A stretch of 64,000 nt of DNA from Octopus sinensis (GCF_006345805.1 NC_042999.1:148552001-148616000), one strand, 5' to 3'; numbered from the stretch's first letter, positions 12,760 through 26,745 are shown. Made by a program: numbers and translations. The notes: generated by a model not told the origin, from the sequence alone.

Positions 12760-12925
12760 TATGTACCTACTTACTAACTGTATTGCTGTCTGCACCTGCA
12801 GTTAATGATACTGTACTGAGTAATTAGATCAAGTTGTCTTTACTCTAAAGACCTTCTCCCTTTCTTCTCATTAACTCATTACTAGTAAAATGTACACTAA
12901 AAGACCCTCTGGAAATAAGGACAAA
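12760..12925. repeat. Diverged dispersed repeat, homologous to 19630-19815
   Basis: Shared cctacttacta, gtctgcacctgca, ctgtact and taaggac motifs in the same order and spacing. Confidence 0.65.
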
Positions 12926-13604
12926 AATAACTTCTTTCATATTTTTTGTACTTATTTCGGTGACTAGAATACAACCATGCTAGAGCAGTGCCTTGAAGGA
13001 TTTTGGTAAAAAGAGAAAAATCAACTCCAGTACTTATTTTTCATTTAAGTCTAGTACATATTCTGTCTCTTTGGCCAAAATGCTATGTTATGGGGATATA
13101 AACAAACCAACACCAGTTGCCAAGAAGTGATGGAAACAAATGCATGCACACACAAATGGGCTTTTATAGGTTCATGCATAAAGCATTAGTTGCTCAAGGT
13201 GCCACACAAGGGGATTGAACCTAGAACCACTTGATTGCAAAGCAAGCTTGTTAACCACACAGCCATGCCAGTGTTTGTGCCTAAGAGAGAGAAAGAGAGA
13301 AAAAAAAAGAATGGACAGAGGTGGGCTATCAGAAGCCCATGACCATTTTCAGGGCTTTTGAGACTGGTGGGAGGAACAGAGGAAGTTATTGCCAGACTAG
13401 ACACATGGCCTGAATGCTAGCAGCAGAGCAGACTCTGCTGAAGGAACTCCAGGACCAGGTGGTGGCACTGGTGGTGTTAAAGCAGTTGACAAGAGATTTG
13501 TTAAGTGTAGATGATGCAGTAAAACAAAAGGACATGGCACAACAATTACAAGGTGATGGAAAATGAAAGCTTGTCTATCAAACATAACTAGCACTCTGTT
13601 GGTT

Positions 13605-13900
13605 ATGTTGATGAGGGTTCCAGTTGATCCTATCAACAGAACAGCCTGATCATGAATTTAATGTGCGAGTGGCTAAGTACTCCACAGACACATGTATCCT
13701 TAATGTAGTTCTGAGGGAGATTCAGTGTGACACAGAATGTGACAAGGCTGGCTCTTTGAAATACAGGTGCTACTCATTTTCGCCAGCTGAGTGGACTGCA
13801 GCAATGTGAAATAAAGTGTCTTGCTCAAGAACACGACACACCACAGGAAATTAAACTTGATGACCTAACAACCATGAGCCAAATAGCCTAACCACCTATC
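13605..13900 (-). mobile_element. tRNA-derived SINE, third family (same as 26748-27072)
   Basis: Reverse complement of the 26748-27072 family. Confidence 0.8.
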
Positions 13901-16900
13901 AAGCATAATGAATGTTTGTCCATTAGATATAGTAAAGACTTCTTCAACAGACACAGTACAGTGAGGACATGTTCATCAGACACAGTTAAGACTTGTCTGT
14001 CACACATAGCAAAATCTTATCAATCAGACAGCTTTATTTGGAAACAGTCAAGAATCTGTGTAAAAATATTATTGTGTGTTCTTGTATAAGAGAATGTACA
14101 GGATTGTAGCACTTTAATTCAACTGTGTTAAAATAAATATAAGTCTTTATCTGATATATTGGTAGCTACTAGGGTTACACATAATGATGTCATTACAAAA
14201 ACAGAATGTAAAACAAGAACATCTGTAATATTTATTGATTTATCCTGAGCAATAATAATTATCCATCTCCACATCATATACATAGCTCAAATTAGTTTCA
14301 CTAATTAAGGTGTGAACACTGGAAATTGTGTGAATTCAAAAAGAAGTGAGAATACTATGAAAGCTATCAATAATCATGAAAAAGAGGAAAAAAAATCCAT
14401 TATTTGCTAATCAAGAGTTAGGATGCCAGACATAAAGGGTTAAGAGTTCATATTCTGTCACCAGCATGACATTATACATGTGGCCAAGAAATTTGTTATT
14501 TAATACCCCTATCTTCTTAGCTGTAAATAGATACCACCCCAGACAGCAATGATGGTTTTTGTTGCTTCAATAAACAGTAGCAGAGCAAATGAGTTGATGA
14601 GAGAAAGCTTCTTTGTGGTTGCTTAATCTGCTAAAAATAGCAACCAAATTTCCCTCATCATACCCTCCAATGCCAAAGAGTACTAGAAGATGTAGTCAAG
14701 AAAAGAAAAAGACTGGCTAGTCATGATTATGAAGCCTATTATTCAAGGTCTGTTGGATCAGAGTAGACTTTGTGATGAACAACAACACTAAAATTCCGAA
14801 ATGTTCAAATCTTCCTGTGGGTGTGTTTAGAAAAAAGACAGATCCTACTTGATCTCATTCAAATGCTGACACGGCTGATAACCCATTGATAACTACTACA
14901 GATTATGAAAAGTCAAGAATCATTAACCCAATCACCTGACAACAAACAAACAGAATGATTAACAAAAGAATCACTGAGAGCATGAATCTATACGGCACTT
15001 ATTATAGAGGAATAATAAACTAATCAATTAACTACACCACAGCTGGCGTGACTATAACAAGTGTAAGCAGCACAGCAGGTGTGTCTATAACATTAGCTAT
15101 CACAAAGTGAAACTATACCAAAAAGTGTAAACACTACAAATTGTGTGACTATAGCAAGAGGTGCGACAACGGCATGTGTAAATGTTATCAGCAACCAGGA
15201 AAACAAAACCTGATAAGATAAAATCGTTGTCCCTACATAGTTACTTGACATGCAAGAATAAGCAGATATAGCTCCTTCAAAATTTTCTGTGCCATTTGTT
15301 GAGTATATAAACCGATAATCTGCTTGTTTCTCTGCAATTCATCAACTTGATGAGAAATCAATAAGATTTGAAAATCAATTAAGGCTGGTCATCATTTTTT
15401 ACAATCTACTGAGAAACAGCCAAATTAGCCCTGTTTATAAAGGTACAATATAGGTCACACAGAGACATACTAGATACAGCTCCTTGTTGCCTTACAACCA
15501 ATTATACGATATACGACTGATTGACTATGATGATTGGCGTGCCAGCACCCGGCAGCAATAATAGTCCAGTTGAAATCTAATGGGTTTAATTTCTTAGAAA
15601 TTAACCCATCTATGGATGATGTCATCTAACAAATACTTCCCCTAGATTTGGTTATTGGTCACCACTGTGTTGGATGACTATCCTGTCACGGAGACATCGA
15701 GGCAACTGTGTATTTTTTTGTAAGACGACTGCTTGTGACTCCAAAATTTTTGACTAACACCACTATAATAGTATAATACAGAATGCTGTGTGTGACTTTT
15801 ATCTGAGAATGTACCTTAAGAATGTAAAAATATAAAACAAAGGTACATAGGCCTACAGGCCGACTTACAACCAGTCGGTCAGAACCAATTGTGATCCTAA
15901 GTCAATAACGACCTGTAAATTAGTTCTGAATATAATTGGTTAGGAAAGAAGTTGGTCATGGCTGGGTTGTCAGTCAAATGATGAAAATATGACACACAAT
16001 AGCTGCACAACAACAATAACAAGAACCAAGCCAATAGGGACTCTATAAGTCACTTTTACCAGCTAGATATAGCAGTCACATCTCCCTCACATATGATGCC
16101 ATCTTAAAAATAAGTATCTAAAAATCAAATGCAATGGTCATGGTTGGAACCTCTTTGATCTAGGGATAAACAACAACAGTAACAAAATAAATAAAAGCCA
16201 TCCATTTTACTTTGAAGGATACACAAGAGTCTTAGAAAGCATTTTTTACAAAACGAAAGCAATAACCATGTTGATGGATCTTGTTAATTCCTGACAATAT
16301 GCCAGTTTATCAGAAGTGCTATTTATCAATGTAAATAAAGTACCTCACAAACTTCTTGACAACTTTCAGGAATAGATAGATAGATAGATAGAGAGGGAGA
16401 GAAAGAGAGAGAGTAGGGGTGGAAGTGGGGTGAAATGACACTCTTTAATTGGCAAGAGATAAAGCTATGGATAGCTGTACTGGGCAGAATTAGAGATATT
16501 CTGTGATCAAATCTATCATAAAATATGTGACTTGGCACTGTCTTCTGAACATTCAAAGTTGACACCTCATTCAATCTGCTGCTACAACATATCAGACAAT
16601 ATTATTAATTTGTTGATGAAGATGGGTGGATGCAGTTGTGATTAAAGCAGCAATGACGGCATTGATTATGTTTCAGTTCTGTAATGATGATGGCCATAGT
16701 TATAATAGTGGTGTTAATGGTGGTGAAGGTGTGGATGGTCATGTGGTCACTGATGTCAATGGTGATAGTAACAGTAGAAGAATCAGGAGTGACAGACAAA
16801 ATATTTGGTGCTATTCAATTACATACCTTTACTGAGTTCAAATTCCATGCCTTTCTAATTAATTTTTCCAGGATAGCTAAAATAGGGTCAGGTCAAATAA

Positions 16901-17142
16901 TGAGCTCCATCAATATTTTCAAACATATTCTTCCTCAAATGATAGTAGGGTTGATGATGGAAGTGGTTGTTAGTGTTACTTATGTTAATAGTAGTGGCAA
17001 TGTTCTAGTAGTTTAGCCCTAGGCAAATTCTGAATGAGCAGACCTATGTTCAAAGGCATTCCAACCATGAAAATCTCACCGTATTTTCAAATTTTGTATA
17101 TCTAGGACTTCAATAACCAATATGTCCTTCCTTTTTCCTCTT

Positions 17143-17532
17143 TTACTCTCTTTTACTTGTTTCAGTCATTTGACTGTGGCCATGCTGGAGCACCACCTTT
17201 AGTTGAGCATATCGACCCTAGGACTTATTCTTTGTAAGCCTAGTACTTATTCTATCGGTCTCTTTTGCCAAACCACTATGTTACGGGAACGTAAACACAC
17301 CAGCATCAGTTGTCAAGCGATGTTGGGAGGACAAACACAGACACACAAACATATACACACATACATATATATACAATGGGCTCCTTTCAGTTTCTGTCTA
17401 CCAAATCCACTCACAAAGCTCTGGTCGGCCTGAGGCTACAGTAGAAGACAAGGTGCCACGCAGTGGGACTGAACCCGGAACCATGTGGTTGGTAAGCAAG
17501 CTACTTACCACACAGCCACTCCTACTATGCCT
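17143..17532 (-). mobile_element. Full-length CORE-type tRNA-SINE
   Basis: Head ggagtggctgtgtggtaagtagc, B-box ggttcagtccc, internal (TA)/(TG) tract and 3' end gactgaaacaagtaaaagag. Confidence 0.92.
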
Positions 17533-17644
17533 ATTTTCTTTTTTTTAAGATGGAAGTGTTAGGATTCAAAGGGACTTAGCTGCTATTTCTAGCTGATCAA
17601 GCAACTGCATAGATTCCCTTCATTGACTTATAATGGTAAAGTTG

Positions 17645-17812
17645 TTGTTGTTGCTGTTTAGCCTGAGGTCAATCCTGATGTAACAAACTCATGCAACAAT
17701 TTTTAGGGGTGTAATCTAACTACCCTATCTTACATGTCCTCTTTTTAAGATGGTTGGTGTGATATGAAAGAGATTTGGCTGCTATATCTTGCAGGTGGAG
17801 TGACCACATATA
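17645..17812 (+). mobile_element. Fourth abundant SINE-like family (gttgtttagccc...gatttggctgctatttctagc)
   Basis: More than ten recognisable copies in the window, e.g. ~10060-10230, 17010-17130, 19220-19400, 59125-59300 (+) and 14590-14790, 18090-18250, 51480-51650 (-). Confidence 0.7.
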
Positions 17813-18370
17813 ATCTCACTCATTTAATATTCATTGAATAACAATGAAGAGGTGTTCTGTAATGGTACCATCAATGCTGGAGGCTGTTTTCAGGTTTAAA
17901 GATTAAAATAATAATGATGATACCAAGAGGAAATGAATAACCATAGTAGTAATGAAATAGTTGCTAGCTACAAGGATGGTAGGCCTAAAGGTCTTTAGAT
18001 GCTAATACATATAATTAACCCACAAACATTATTGACATAGAAACATCAAAGTCAAACCATCACTATATTCATAGCAAAGATAAGCCCAGCCACTGTGGGG
18101 AATATATCTGGCTTCTTGACATGCTAGAAATAAATGTCAAATCTCTTTTGAATTACTCCTTTCTTGCCTTAAAAAAGGAAAGATATGTTGGATAATTTAA
18201 AACTAAATACACAATATATGAAATAAAGAAGAGGTTTTAATAATTTGAAATGATTTGTTTACATATCAGCTCCAGGAGTGTGTCTAGTATGTAAATTGGT
18301 ATATCCAATAACTTATCATTGCTGTATGTGATGGCTATATAAGCAGTGTGTTCGGAGGTGAGAATGGGTT

Positions 18371-18430
18371 AGATGGGTGCCGATGAAGGGGCAACAACCC
18401 CTGAAAAATGGCATATATACTCATTACCTA
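18371..18430 (+). mobile_element. Penelope-like repeat relic with degenerate hammerhead core
   Basis: CCGATGA-agggg(caacaa)cccct-GAAA; stems I and III are eroded. Confidence 0.4.
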
Positions 18431-19629
18431 TTTTTGTCTTCATTCTCATTATTTGCTTACATCCAACGTCTCGATGAAACATTATAGCAAAAATCAGTGT
18501 TGGCTGTAATTTCTATAGAATATCTGTAGAAATAACCTTAACAAAATAAAGAAGAGGTGGTTTAAGGTTGGAATTGCTTTGACCATAGGTCTGTTTCATA
18601 AGGGTTAGTTAACCTGGCTCTTATTGACAAACATGTCATCATCATTGCGTTAATGGTCACTTTTCCATGCTTGCATGTGTTGGACAGAATTTGTTGAGAG
18701 ATTTTCTATAGCCAGATGCCCTCCTTGTCACCAACCCTCACCTATTTCCAAGTAAGGTAATATTTCCCTATGACCAAACATTTTTCAGTGAAAATTAGAA
18801 ATGAAGGGCACCACTTGCATGATGATATTCGCTTACAATTATCACATGAATCTAAGGCAAGGAAACAGTGTCACACACACATGATGGGTTTCTTTAAATT
18901 TGTTTACCACATCCACTCACAAACCTTTGGTTGGCACTAAGGTAGAAGACACTTGCCCAAGGTGTTATCAAGTAAGTCTGAACCAGAAACCATGTAGTTG
19001 GGAAGTAGTGGAATTTTTCTGATGTGTGACAAGGCCAAATTTTTAAGGGAGACATTATGGTCAATTGAAATAACTATTCTCTGTTATTGGAATTTATTGC
19101 ATCAAACTTAAAGAGATAAGAACATAGTTTAAAATGATGAATATAGAGTAATCCAAGGATGAAGGGAAATAAAAATAAATTAGATGGGGACAAATCCTGA
19201 AATATGATACAAACAACTTGTACAGTTGCTTAATCCCATGTCAACCCAGGTCCTGCAGACATGTAAGCAAATACATTGCAACTATATTTAGCCAGACTTT
19301 TCTTTTTCTTTTGAAAGACAGAGTATCTAGGACTACATAATCTAATTTATCATTTTTTATGATGTAGGGTATGATTTGAAGGTGATTTGGCAGTTATTTG
19401 TAGTACGCTAAATAACAGCAAAGAAACTTATTCAATTAACTCAAGATAACCTACGTAACACATGCAGATATAGAAAAATATACTTAGAAGTAATTATGGC
19501 ATTAACTCTACTCCTAAATAACAATTTATAACTGAATATCCATTTAAATGGTTAAATATCTACTTACACTGCTAAATATGTACTTACACTGCTAAATATC
19601 CATTTATATTGCTAAATATCAATTTACAT

Positions 19630-19815
19630 GCCTAAATACCTACTTACTACCAAGGACTATAGTCTGCACCTGCAATTAGAAAATCTGTACTAAATATTTA
19701 CATCAGTACTCTTCCGCTCTACAAAATTTTTTTCTCCTTTCACCTCTTTAAATGAATACCAGTGAGTATGTAGTAAATAAAAAATCTCCTGCCAAAAAGA
19801 TAAGGACTAAAGTAA
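19630..19815. repeat. Diverged dispersed repeat, homologous to 12760-12925, preceded by ~20-bp tandem units
   Basis: See 12760-12925; ctaaatatctacttacactg-like units at 19550-19640. Confidence 0.65.
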
Positions 19816-21649
19816 CTAGGGTAGTTTATCTTAAAAGTATTATTAGCTCAATCAAACGAGTTTGACCCACATTAAAGCAGCCTGACCTACATTATGAGTT
19901 CCAACATTGAATAGCTGGTTCTCTTATCACCTTACTTTTGCTTACTGACACAAAATGAAATTAATTTTTGTCAGCAACTCTTATAAAATTTCTGTTAATT
20001 AATTCAACGAATTCATAGGAATCAAGTTTCTGAAGCAGGTGGAAGCGTGTTCAAATCATGTCAACAACAATGTTTTAAGACATTTAAAAACAGGAAAAAA
20101 AAAAACCTCCCAAAAACATTGGAAATTCATTAAAAATCATTATTTAAATAATAAAGGAGCTCACTCTCACCTAAAAACTTATGTTCAACTTTCAGGTAAA
20201 ATCCAGAATCCAAAGAAACAGATGATATAATCATTATCATCATTTAATGTCCATTTTCCATGCTGGTATGAGTTAGTTTGACAAGATTGAGCAAGCCACA
20301 GAGCTGTACTGTCAGCTTTGGTGTGGTTACAGTTCTTGGATGCCCTTCCTAATATCGACCACTTTACAGTGTGTACTGGGAGCTTTTTATTTGTGCCACT
20401 GGCATTAGCAAGGTCGTCAAGAAATATACAATACAAAAAAAAAAACAAGGTAAAAAAGATCCCATGACTAGATGAGGGAAACAATTCCATAAGAAAATTC
20501 TGGGAAGAGTTGGTTAAAAATTCCATTCCTCAGAAGAAAGAAGAACCTAAGGATTTGATTTCTTGTCCTTGCAAGCTATTAAAAATGCTGCCTAAGTAAT
20601 AACACCTTTGTTTCTCTCCCTGACTCTCAGTTGAATGGAAAAGACCCTAATATTTTCAATCATGTTTATTTTTAATTTTCAAAATTTCAGTTCTTGCCAT
20701 TTCTCAAAAAAAAAAAACAAAAAAACCCCCCCTATATTAGGAGTGTATTATAAAGAAAAGACTAGATTATTTGTATACAACAATTTACACCAAAGGTTCT
20801 CAAATGTGGTTAACAGCAGACTAGTGAACCATGGATGTTTAAAAGTCTAATGTAAGGTTTTAGAAAATTCATCTTGTAAAAGGTGTTATTCATAATTTTG
20901 TTACACACAAGTATGATTAATAAGATGTGATAAGCAAAGAGTTTTTTTTTTTTTTGCGGGGGGGGGGGGTCTATTTAAATTTCCATATGAAATGCACCAG
21001 TAAATCCTTAAATGATCCCCAGTGTATCATAAAGTTAGAAAAACTGAAAACAACTGAAACTAAGATATTTCGTTAGTCTAATAAGAGCGAATAGAACATA
21101 AGAGATGTTGCTATTGGGAATAAGTATCAAACCATCTACAAATGTTACAGACAGTATTTTATCTTGAAGTTACATGAAACCAGAAGTGAACATCAGCTTT
21201 ATGAGTTCCAGGTTGCTTGAGAAGAGATTTTCATTTTAATCCGATTCAACTACTCAGATAACAGACAATTTCCTGTCTTTTTAACTCATCACCCACCTCA
21301 ACTCTTTCAAATCTTGTAACATTCTTTATATTTTGTCTTTGCTGCTGCCTCCACCCAACCTTTGCAACTTCCTCCTCCTTCCTTACAACTCTCCCTCATT
21401 CTTCATTGTTATAATAAATTTTCCTCATACTCTCCACTCACACTCTGGTTCTCCTATAACACAAACATTTTATCTCTCTCTTTCTCTCTCAAGAAGATTC
21501 TGCCCTGAATCTGTAAGATTTCTCTTCTTCCTCACAGCTTAACATATATTCACACTATCTGAGCCGTAAAAGGAAGTACTAAGTCAACAATTAAAAAGTT
21601 TTGTCTCCAGTTCATTTAGGATTGTTGGTATTGTTAGCCCATTCATTGA

Positions 21650-21860
21650 ACAGATCAATGATATCCCAGGTGGTTAGATGTATGAACGATTTAGTGCAAT
21701 CCGCAACACTATGACCTCCACATTTATTTGACAATCATACTGTTGTTCAACTCTTGACATGAAATAGTTTATGAAATGGAAGTTTAAATTGTCAATCTGA
21801 GGACGTTTCATTTTCTTCTTCACCCAGTCTCTCCCTGCATGCCTATATTTATGTGATAGG
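21650..21860 (-). mobile_element. Possible LINE ORF2 linker relic (L1/Tx1-like)
   Basis: RPQIDNLNF... resembles RP.LD.L.F upstream of PGPDG; weak and interrupted by stops. Confidence 0.25.
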
Positions 21861-23292
21861 GTCACTAGACGTTCTGTAAATTTTAGGAAGATCTCTCTCA
21901 AACATTGAAATTGGTAACTATTTCCACAGGGTGTTAATTAGTAGTGAAAGACAATTCTCATTAATTAGTAATTAATTTTAAACTTATCATTAAGTGACAG
22001 CATATGGGATGTTAAAGATTTTTCACTGTTACCAAAAACCTGTGCACAGTAAGGAAATATAAAACAAAAGTATGTCATGAAGTAAAATAGATGACTAATA
22101 TACAGTTCTCTGTATAAAATATACTTTTGCAAGTGTACTCTAAACAAGAGTGCAAGTACAGATGATATGGATGTGTAGTTGAGAAGTTTGCTTTACAAAT
22201 ATGTGGTTGTGTTATAAACTGTATTATAAAAATCTTATGTTGTACATTCACTGGTTGTGAAATGTGTTTGCATACACACAACTTAGAGGGAACAGTGCTT
22301 GTGAGCAGAATCCAGTGCACAGAAACTGTATGGAAGCCTGCCATCATCATCATCACTTAATGTCTACTTCCCATGCTGACATGGGTTGGGAGGTTTCACA
22401 GGGGCTGGCCAGCCAAAGAGCTGTCCAGGTTCCAATTGCCTATTTTGGCATGGTTTCTACGGCTGGTTGCTCTTCCTAACACCAACCACTTTCCAGAGTG
22501 TTCTGGGTGCTTTTAACATGCTACCCGTAGGGATGCTTTTACATGGCACTGGCTTGAGTGCATTTTATGTGACACCGGCACATCATCATTTTAATGTCCT
22601 CTTTTCCTTGCTTGTACAAGTTACAGGAGAATATATTAAAGCAGTGTTTTCTGCAGCCAAATGTCCAACTGTTTCCAAGCAAGGTAATAATCCCCTCCCA
22701 GTCTACTACTGAACAATGAACAGCCTGGACATGCTTTTGAAGCAGACTTTAAGCAAAAAAGACATTATCTATATGAACAGTGAAGCCTTTGCTTATAACC
22801 AGTAAACACGTAAAGATAAGGGGAATTGAAGACCCATTCCATCATACACACACGACATGATTCTTCCTGTCTCCCCCTCTACCAATTTCTCTCACAGGAT
22901 ACCACTTGATTTGTGGCTATAGTAAAGAATACTAGCCAACAGTATCCAAGCAATATAATCAAACTTCTGACCATGTGGTTCCAAAGTGAAGTTTTAATCA
23001 TATACCTGTATTTATGTATATGATACCCACACAGGATATTGGCAAAGAGTGGAAATTTTGTTAGAAAACTAGTGCTCTCTAAATTAAATCTATTGAGTCA
23101 CAGGCATTCTCTTTTCACTCTTGTCATCAAAAATGCACTGAAACCCTTAGAAACCTGTACCCAATGACATGATTGTTTACAAAATGTAATATAAAATAAA
23201 TGAAAATATATTATGCTAAGGCTACTAACACCTGTGCTCCCATTTAACTGCACAAAACAAGACTTGAATCCTTTCTGTAACTTGTATTTGTA

Positions 23293-23566
23293 GGCAGCAT
23301 GTTTTACAGCCTTCAACTGTATTTATTTATCTGGCCAGTTAGCCTTCAACTAGAATTATTAGCTGGTCTGTTAGCCTTCATGTTATTTAACTAGTATGTT
23401 AGTCTTCAACTGGTATTATTAGCTAGCCTGGCAGCATGTTTTACAGCCTTCAACTGTATTTATTTATCTGGCCAGTTAGCCTTCAACTAGAATTATTAGC
23501 TGGTCTGTTAGCCTTCATGTTATTTAACTAGTATGTTAGTCTTCAACTGGTATTATTAGCTAGCCT
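23293..23566. repeat. 137-bp perfect tandem duplication within a ~30-bp minisatellite
   Basis: ggcagcatgttttacagcc...tattattagctagcct at 23293 and again at 23430; internal gttagccttcaactag units. Confidence 0.95.
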
Positions 23567-24149
23567 GCTAGCCTTCAACTAGTGTTAATAGCTAACCAGT
23601 TATCCCTCATCTAGTATTATTAGCTAGTTTGTTTTGCAATCATAACCCCCTTGTAACTAAGTTGATAGAGTGCTGGTCAAAAGGTCAATAACTCTTATCT
23701 CATCATTGACAATGCCTAACCCACTTAATTGTAAATACTTAATGTGTCCAGAAACTACATCAGAAATATTGTATGACAACTGTTTCATTAGGTAGCAGTG
23801 TTGGGTTCAATTACTCCTTCACATCAAGAGAAAACAACATGTAATTTAAATTTAGTGTACCATGTCTTCAATTCTTACATGAAGATGAAGTCTTTAGTGT
23901 TATTCCAACAACTGATTAACCACCACAAGGCTCAGTCCTTGTTGCAGTGTGATGGCTTGCCTGTTACAATGACCCTAAGAACTTATACCAGCAGAATACA
24001 AGCTCCTGGTAAGGACTTCTATGCTGGACGGGCCAAAGGCTAGAAACCTAATATGGACAGGCTCTTCCCAGAAAAAATGGGTTTACATAGGGTCAACACC
24101 CCTATCTTTTAAGAAGCAAAATTACAGAAGTATTGATGATAATTTAAAA

Positions 24150-24372
24150 CCAACAAGACCTGGGAGAAAAAGGACTTCCCTCAGAGAAACATATGAACCC
24201 AAGAGGGAGACAGAAGAAAGGACACCCTAGAAATATTTGGGGGACTAAATAGTGAGGAAGAGCTGGAAAAGCAGGGATCCAATTGGAGAAAAGCAAAAAC
24301 GATAGCTCAAAGTCAAGAGCAGTGGGGAACAGTAATCATTGTCTTATGTGCGAAAGGGAGTGAAGGGCTTAA
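24150..24372 (+). mobile_element. RTE-clade LINE ORF 3' fragment (second subfamily)
   Basis: GRQKKGHPRNIW...WRKAKTIAQSQEQW...LCAKGSEG matches RTE G.R.RGRP..TW...AQDR..W. Confidence 0.7.
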
Positions 24373-25479
24373 ACAAGCAACAACCCATTAACTTATATTA
24401 GTTTTCATACACCATCAGTGGACTTTACATTCATCAAAGGTTATTGAGAAGTGTTGCCTCCTAAATAACAACCTCACTTTCTCTCTTCTCTTCTCTTCTC
24501 TTGCACAGACAAAGGGCAAGACCTGAAACTTTAGATTCTGTCCTCTTCAAGGCAATTAAACTTAATATTCTGATGCAAACTGTCACAAGTTTTCTAGGAT
24601 TGTAGATTTTACCCAGTTACTGAGGACAATCACTTCAGCCATCACATATTTCAGTCTTCATGGTCTAACTTTCATAGAGTGGAACTTGACTTAAATTAAC
24701 TCAAACCAACAACCATTCATAAAAAAATAAAAAAGATTTTCATATATTTCTAATCTCAATGGCACAGATGTCTTAATGTAGTAATGCCAGTGTTTACAAA
24801 AAAAAAAAAAAAATCAACAAAAAAATGTCCTTTGTTATTTTCTTAATTTCTATCCTCTTTGACATACCATAGAAAAAGCTGTTATGTCTCACATTTAATT
24901 AGATATACCTATTGTAGCAAGCAGCTAACACAACACTAAATTACCTTCACTTCTCAATGTCTCTTCTCTAGTTTTACTACTCTGTTCCTCTTCTTTAATC
25001 AACTGTTTACATAATTTCACCACTTCCTTGACTGTTTGTTCTATCTTCACTTTTCTACATACCACCCACTTCCTAAACCAAATTCCAACTACAAACCTGG
25101 TCTCGATTTTGGAGCAGACTTGGATTCAACCAATTTTCTATTTTCCCAAAATCCAAAGCCTCATCATACAAAGTGGCATAAATATTCTTAAGACTAATTA
25201 TAATGAAATTAACTGCTTTTATTTCAAGATACGGCCGTGTAGTTAAGAAGCTTGTTTTGCAACCATGTGGTTTCAGGTTCAGCCCCACTATCAGGCACCA
25301 TGTGCAAGTGTCTTTTTCAATAGTGTTGGGCCAACTGATACCTTGTGAGTGAATTTGGTAAATGGAAACTGTGGGAGCGTGTCATAAATATATATGAGTG
25401 TGTGTGTGTATGATGATGATGTACACATGTATATGTGTATGTATATGTATGGTACCTGTGCCAGTGGCATGTAAAAGCA

Positions 25480-25860
25480 CCTTTCGAGCATTGGGCCTTG
25501 TGGAGGTAAGGACTAAGACTATTTGGCATTATGCCGGGCTTCGAGCGTTGGGCCTCAAGGTGACAATGACTGACTCCATTTGGCATTATGCTGTGCTTGA
25601 GAAGAAGACTTATCAAACCAAATAAAATCGCAGTCATGACAGATACCAGTGTCACGCAAATGGCACTTGTGCCAGTGGAATGTAAAAGCACCCATTACAC
25701 TCTCGGAGTGGTTGGTATTAGGAAGGGCATCCAGCCTTAGAAACCATGCCAAAACAGACTGGAATCTGGTGTAGCCTTCCAGTTTGCCAGCCCTGGTCAA
25801 ACCATCCAACCAATGCCAGCATGGACAACAGATGTTAATTGACGATGATGATGATGCGCA
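25480..25860 (+). mobile_element. 5'-truncated RTE LINE (ORF end plus 3' UTR, (GAT)n tail)
   Basis: tggcattatgctgtgcttgagaag ... ggaagggcatccagc ... gttaattgacgatgatgat. Confidence 0.85.
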
Positions 25861-26514
25861 GATATGAAAATTGCTCAACATGGATGTTGGTGTGCTTACA
25901 TCTCTGTAACTTAACAGTTCAGCAAAAGTGACTGATAGAATAAGTACCAAACTTAAAAAAAGGAAAATAAGTATGGGATTGATTTGTTTGACTAATCCCT
26001 TCAAAGTGGTGACCCAGAATGGCTGCAATCCAATGACTGAAAGAGCTAAACAATAAAAGATGAAATCTTCCATTTGGGCTTTAATTTTTATAATGTGCTT
26101 TTTATATTTTAAACTTATTATAAAAACAGTTATTTTTAAATACTTTATATCAAAGCTTTGAATAAATATGCGAGTATATATTTATTTAATGATACACTTC
26201 CTCTTAAGAACAACATCCTTATCAACATTCCATAAGTGAGCCTGTTTCTTCATTGATAAAACATTCCTTCTGATCCAAGAGTTTCCTTGAATTTAATCAG
26301 AAGAAAACTCATGATAAAGGAATAAATATACTGATATTGAAATTAACTCTTTTTATTTCAAGGTATGGCTTTTACATGCCACTGGTATGGGCACCATATA
26401 TATATATACATACACATATACATATGTACATCATCATCATATACTGATGTTCTAAAAGGGAGCTAAGCTATGTTGTGTCAAAATCATAGTATCATTTAAT
26501 TAATTAAGTAATGT

Positions 26515-26745
26515 GTTCACTCTTTTGTTACCATATTTCTGTTGAGATGCTCTGTGTTTCTTTCAATTAATTTTAAATATAACAAATAATTTAATAAAAT
26601 AACTTAGTTATCATTCAGCTAGTGTTAGGAACATAAATTGTGACTAAAGTTTGGTGGAAGATTTTAATTCAGAACTTTTGAAAACAAGACATTTGTACCA
26701 CAGAGCCAGAAGTGGTTTCAGCCAGGTTGATATCAAAAGGATTAA
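26515..26745 (-). mobile_element. TTAA MITE, same family as 7671-7900
   Basis: Reverse-complement homolog with tcttttgttacca and tatcaaaaggattaa termini. Confidence 0.8.

Noticed and set aside
12770-12925. H/ACA snoRNA reading of the 12.8-kb and 19.7-kb pair
   Set aside because: ANANNA is present on the plus strand, but the ACA box is not conserved in the second copy and it is antisense to the host gene.
15244-15420. Two overlapping open frames with splice-like ends; piggyBac- or LINE-thumb-like
   Set aside because: Ambiguous between several readings, none supportable.
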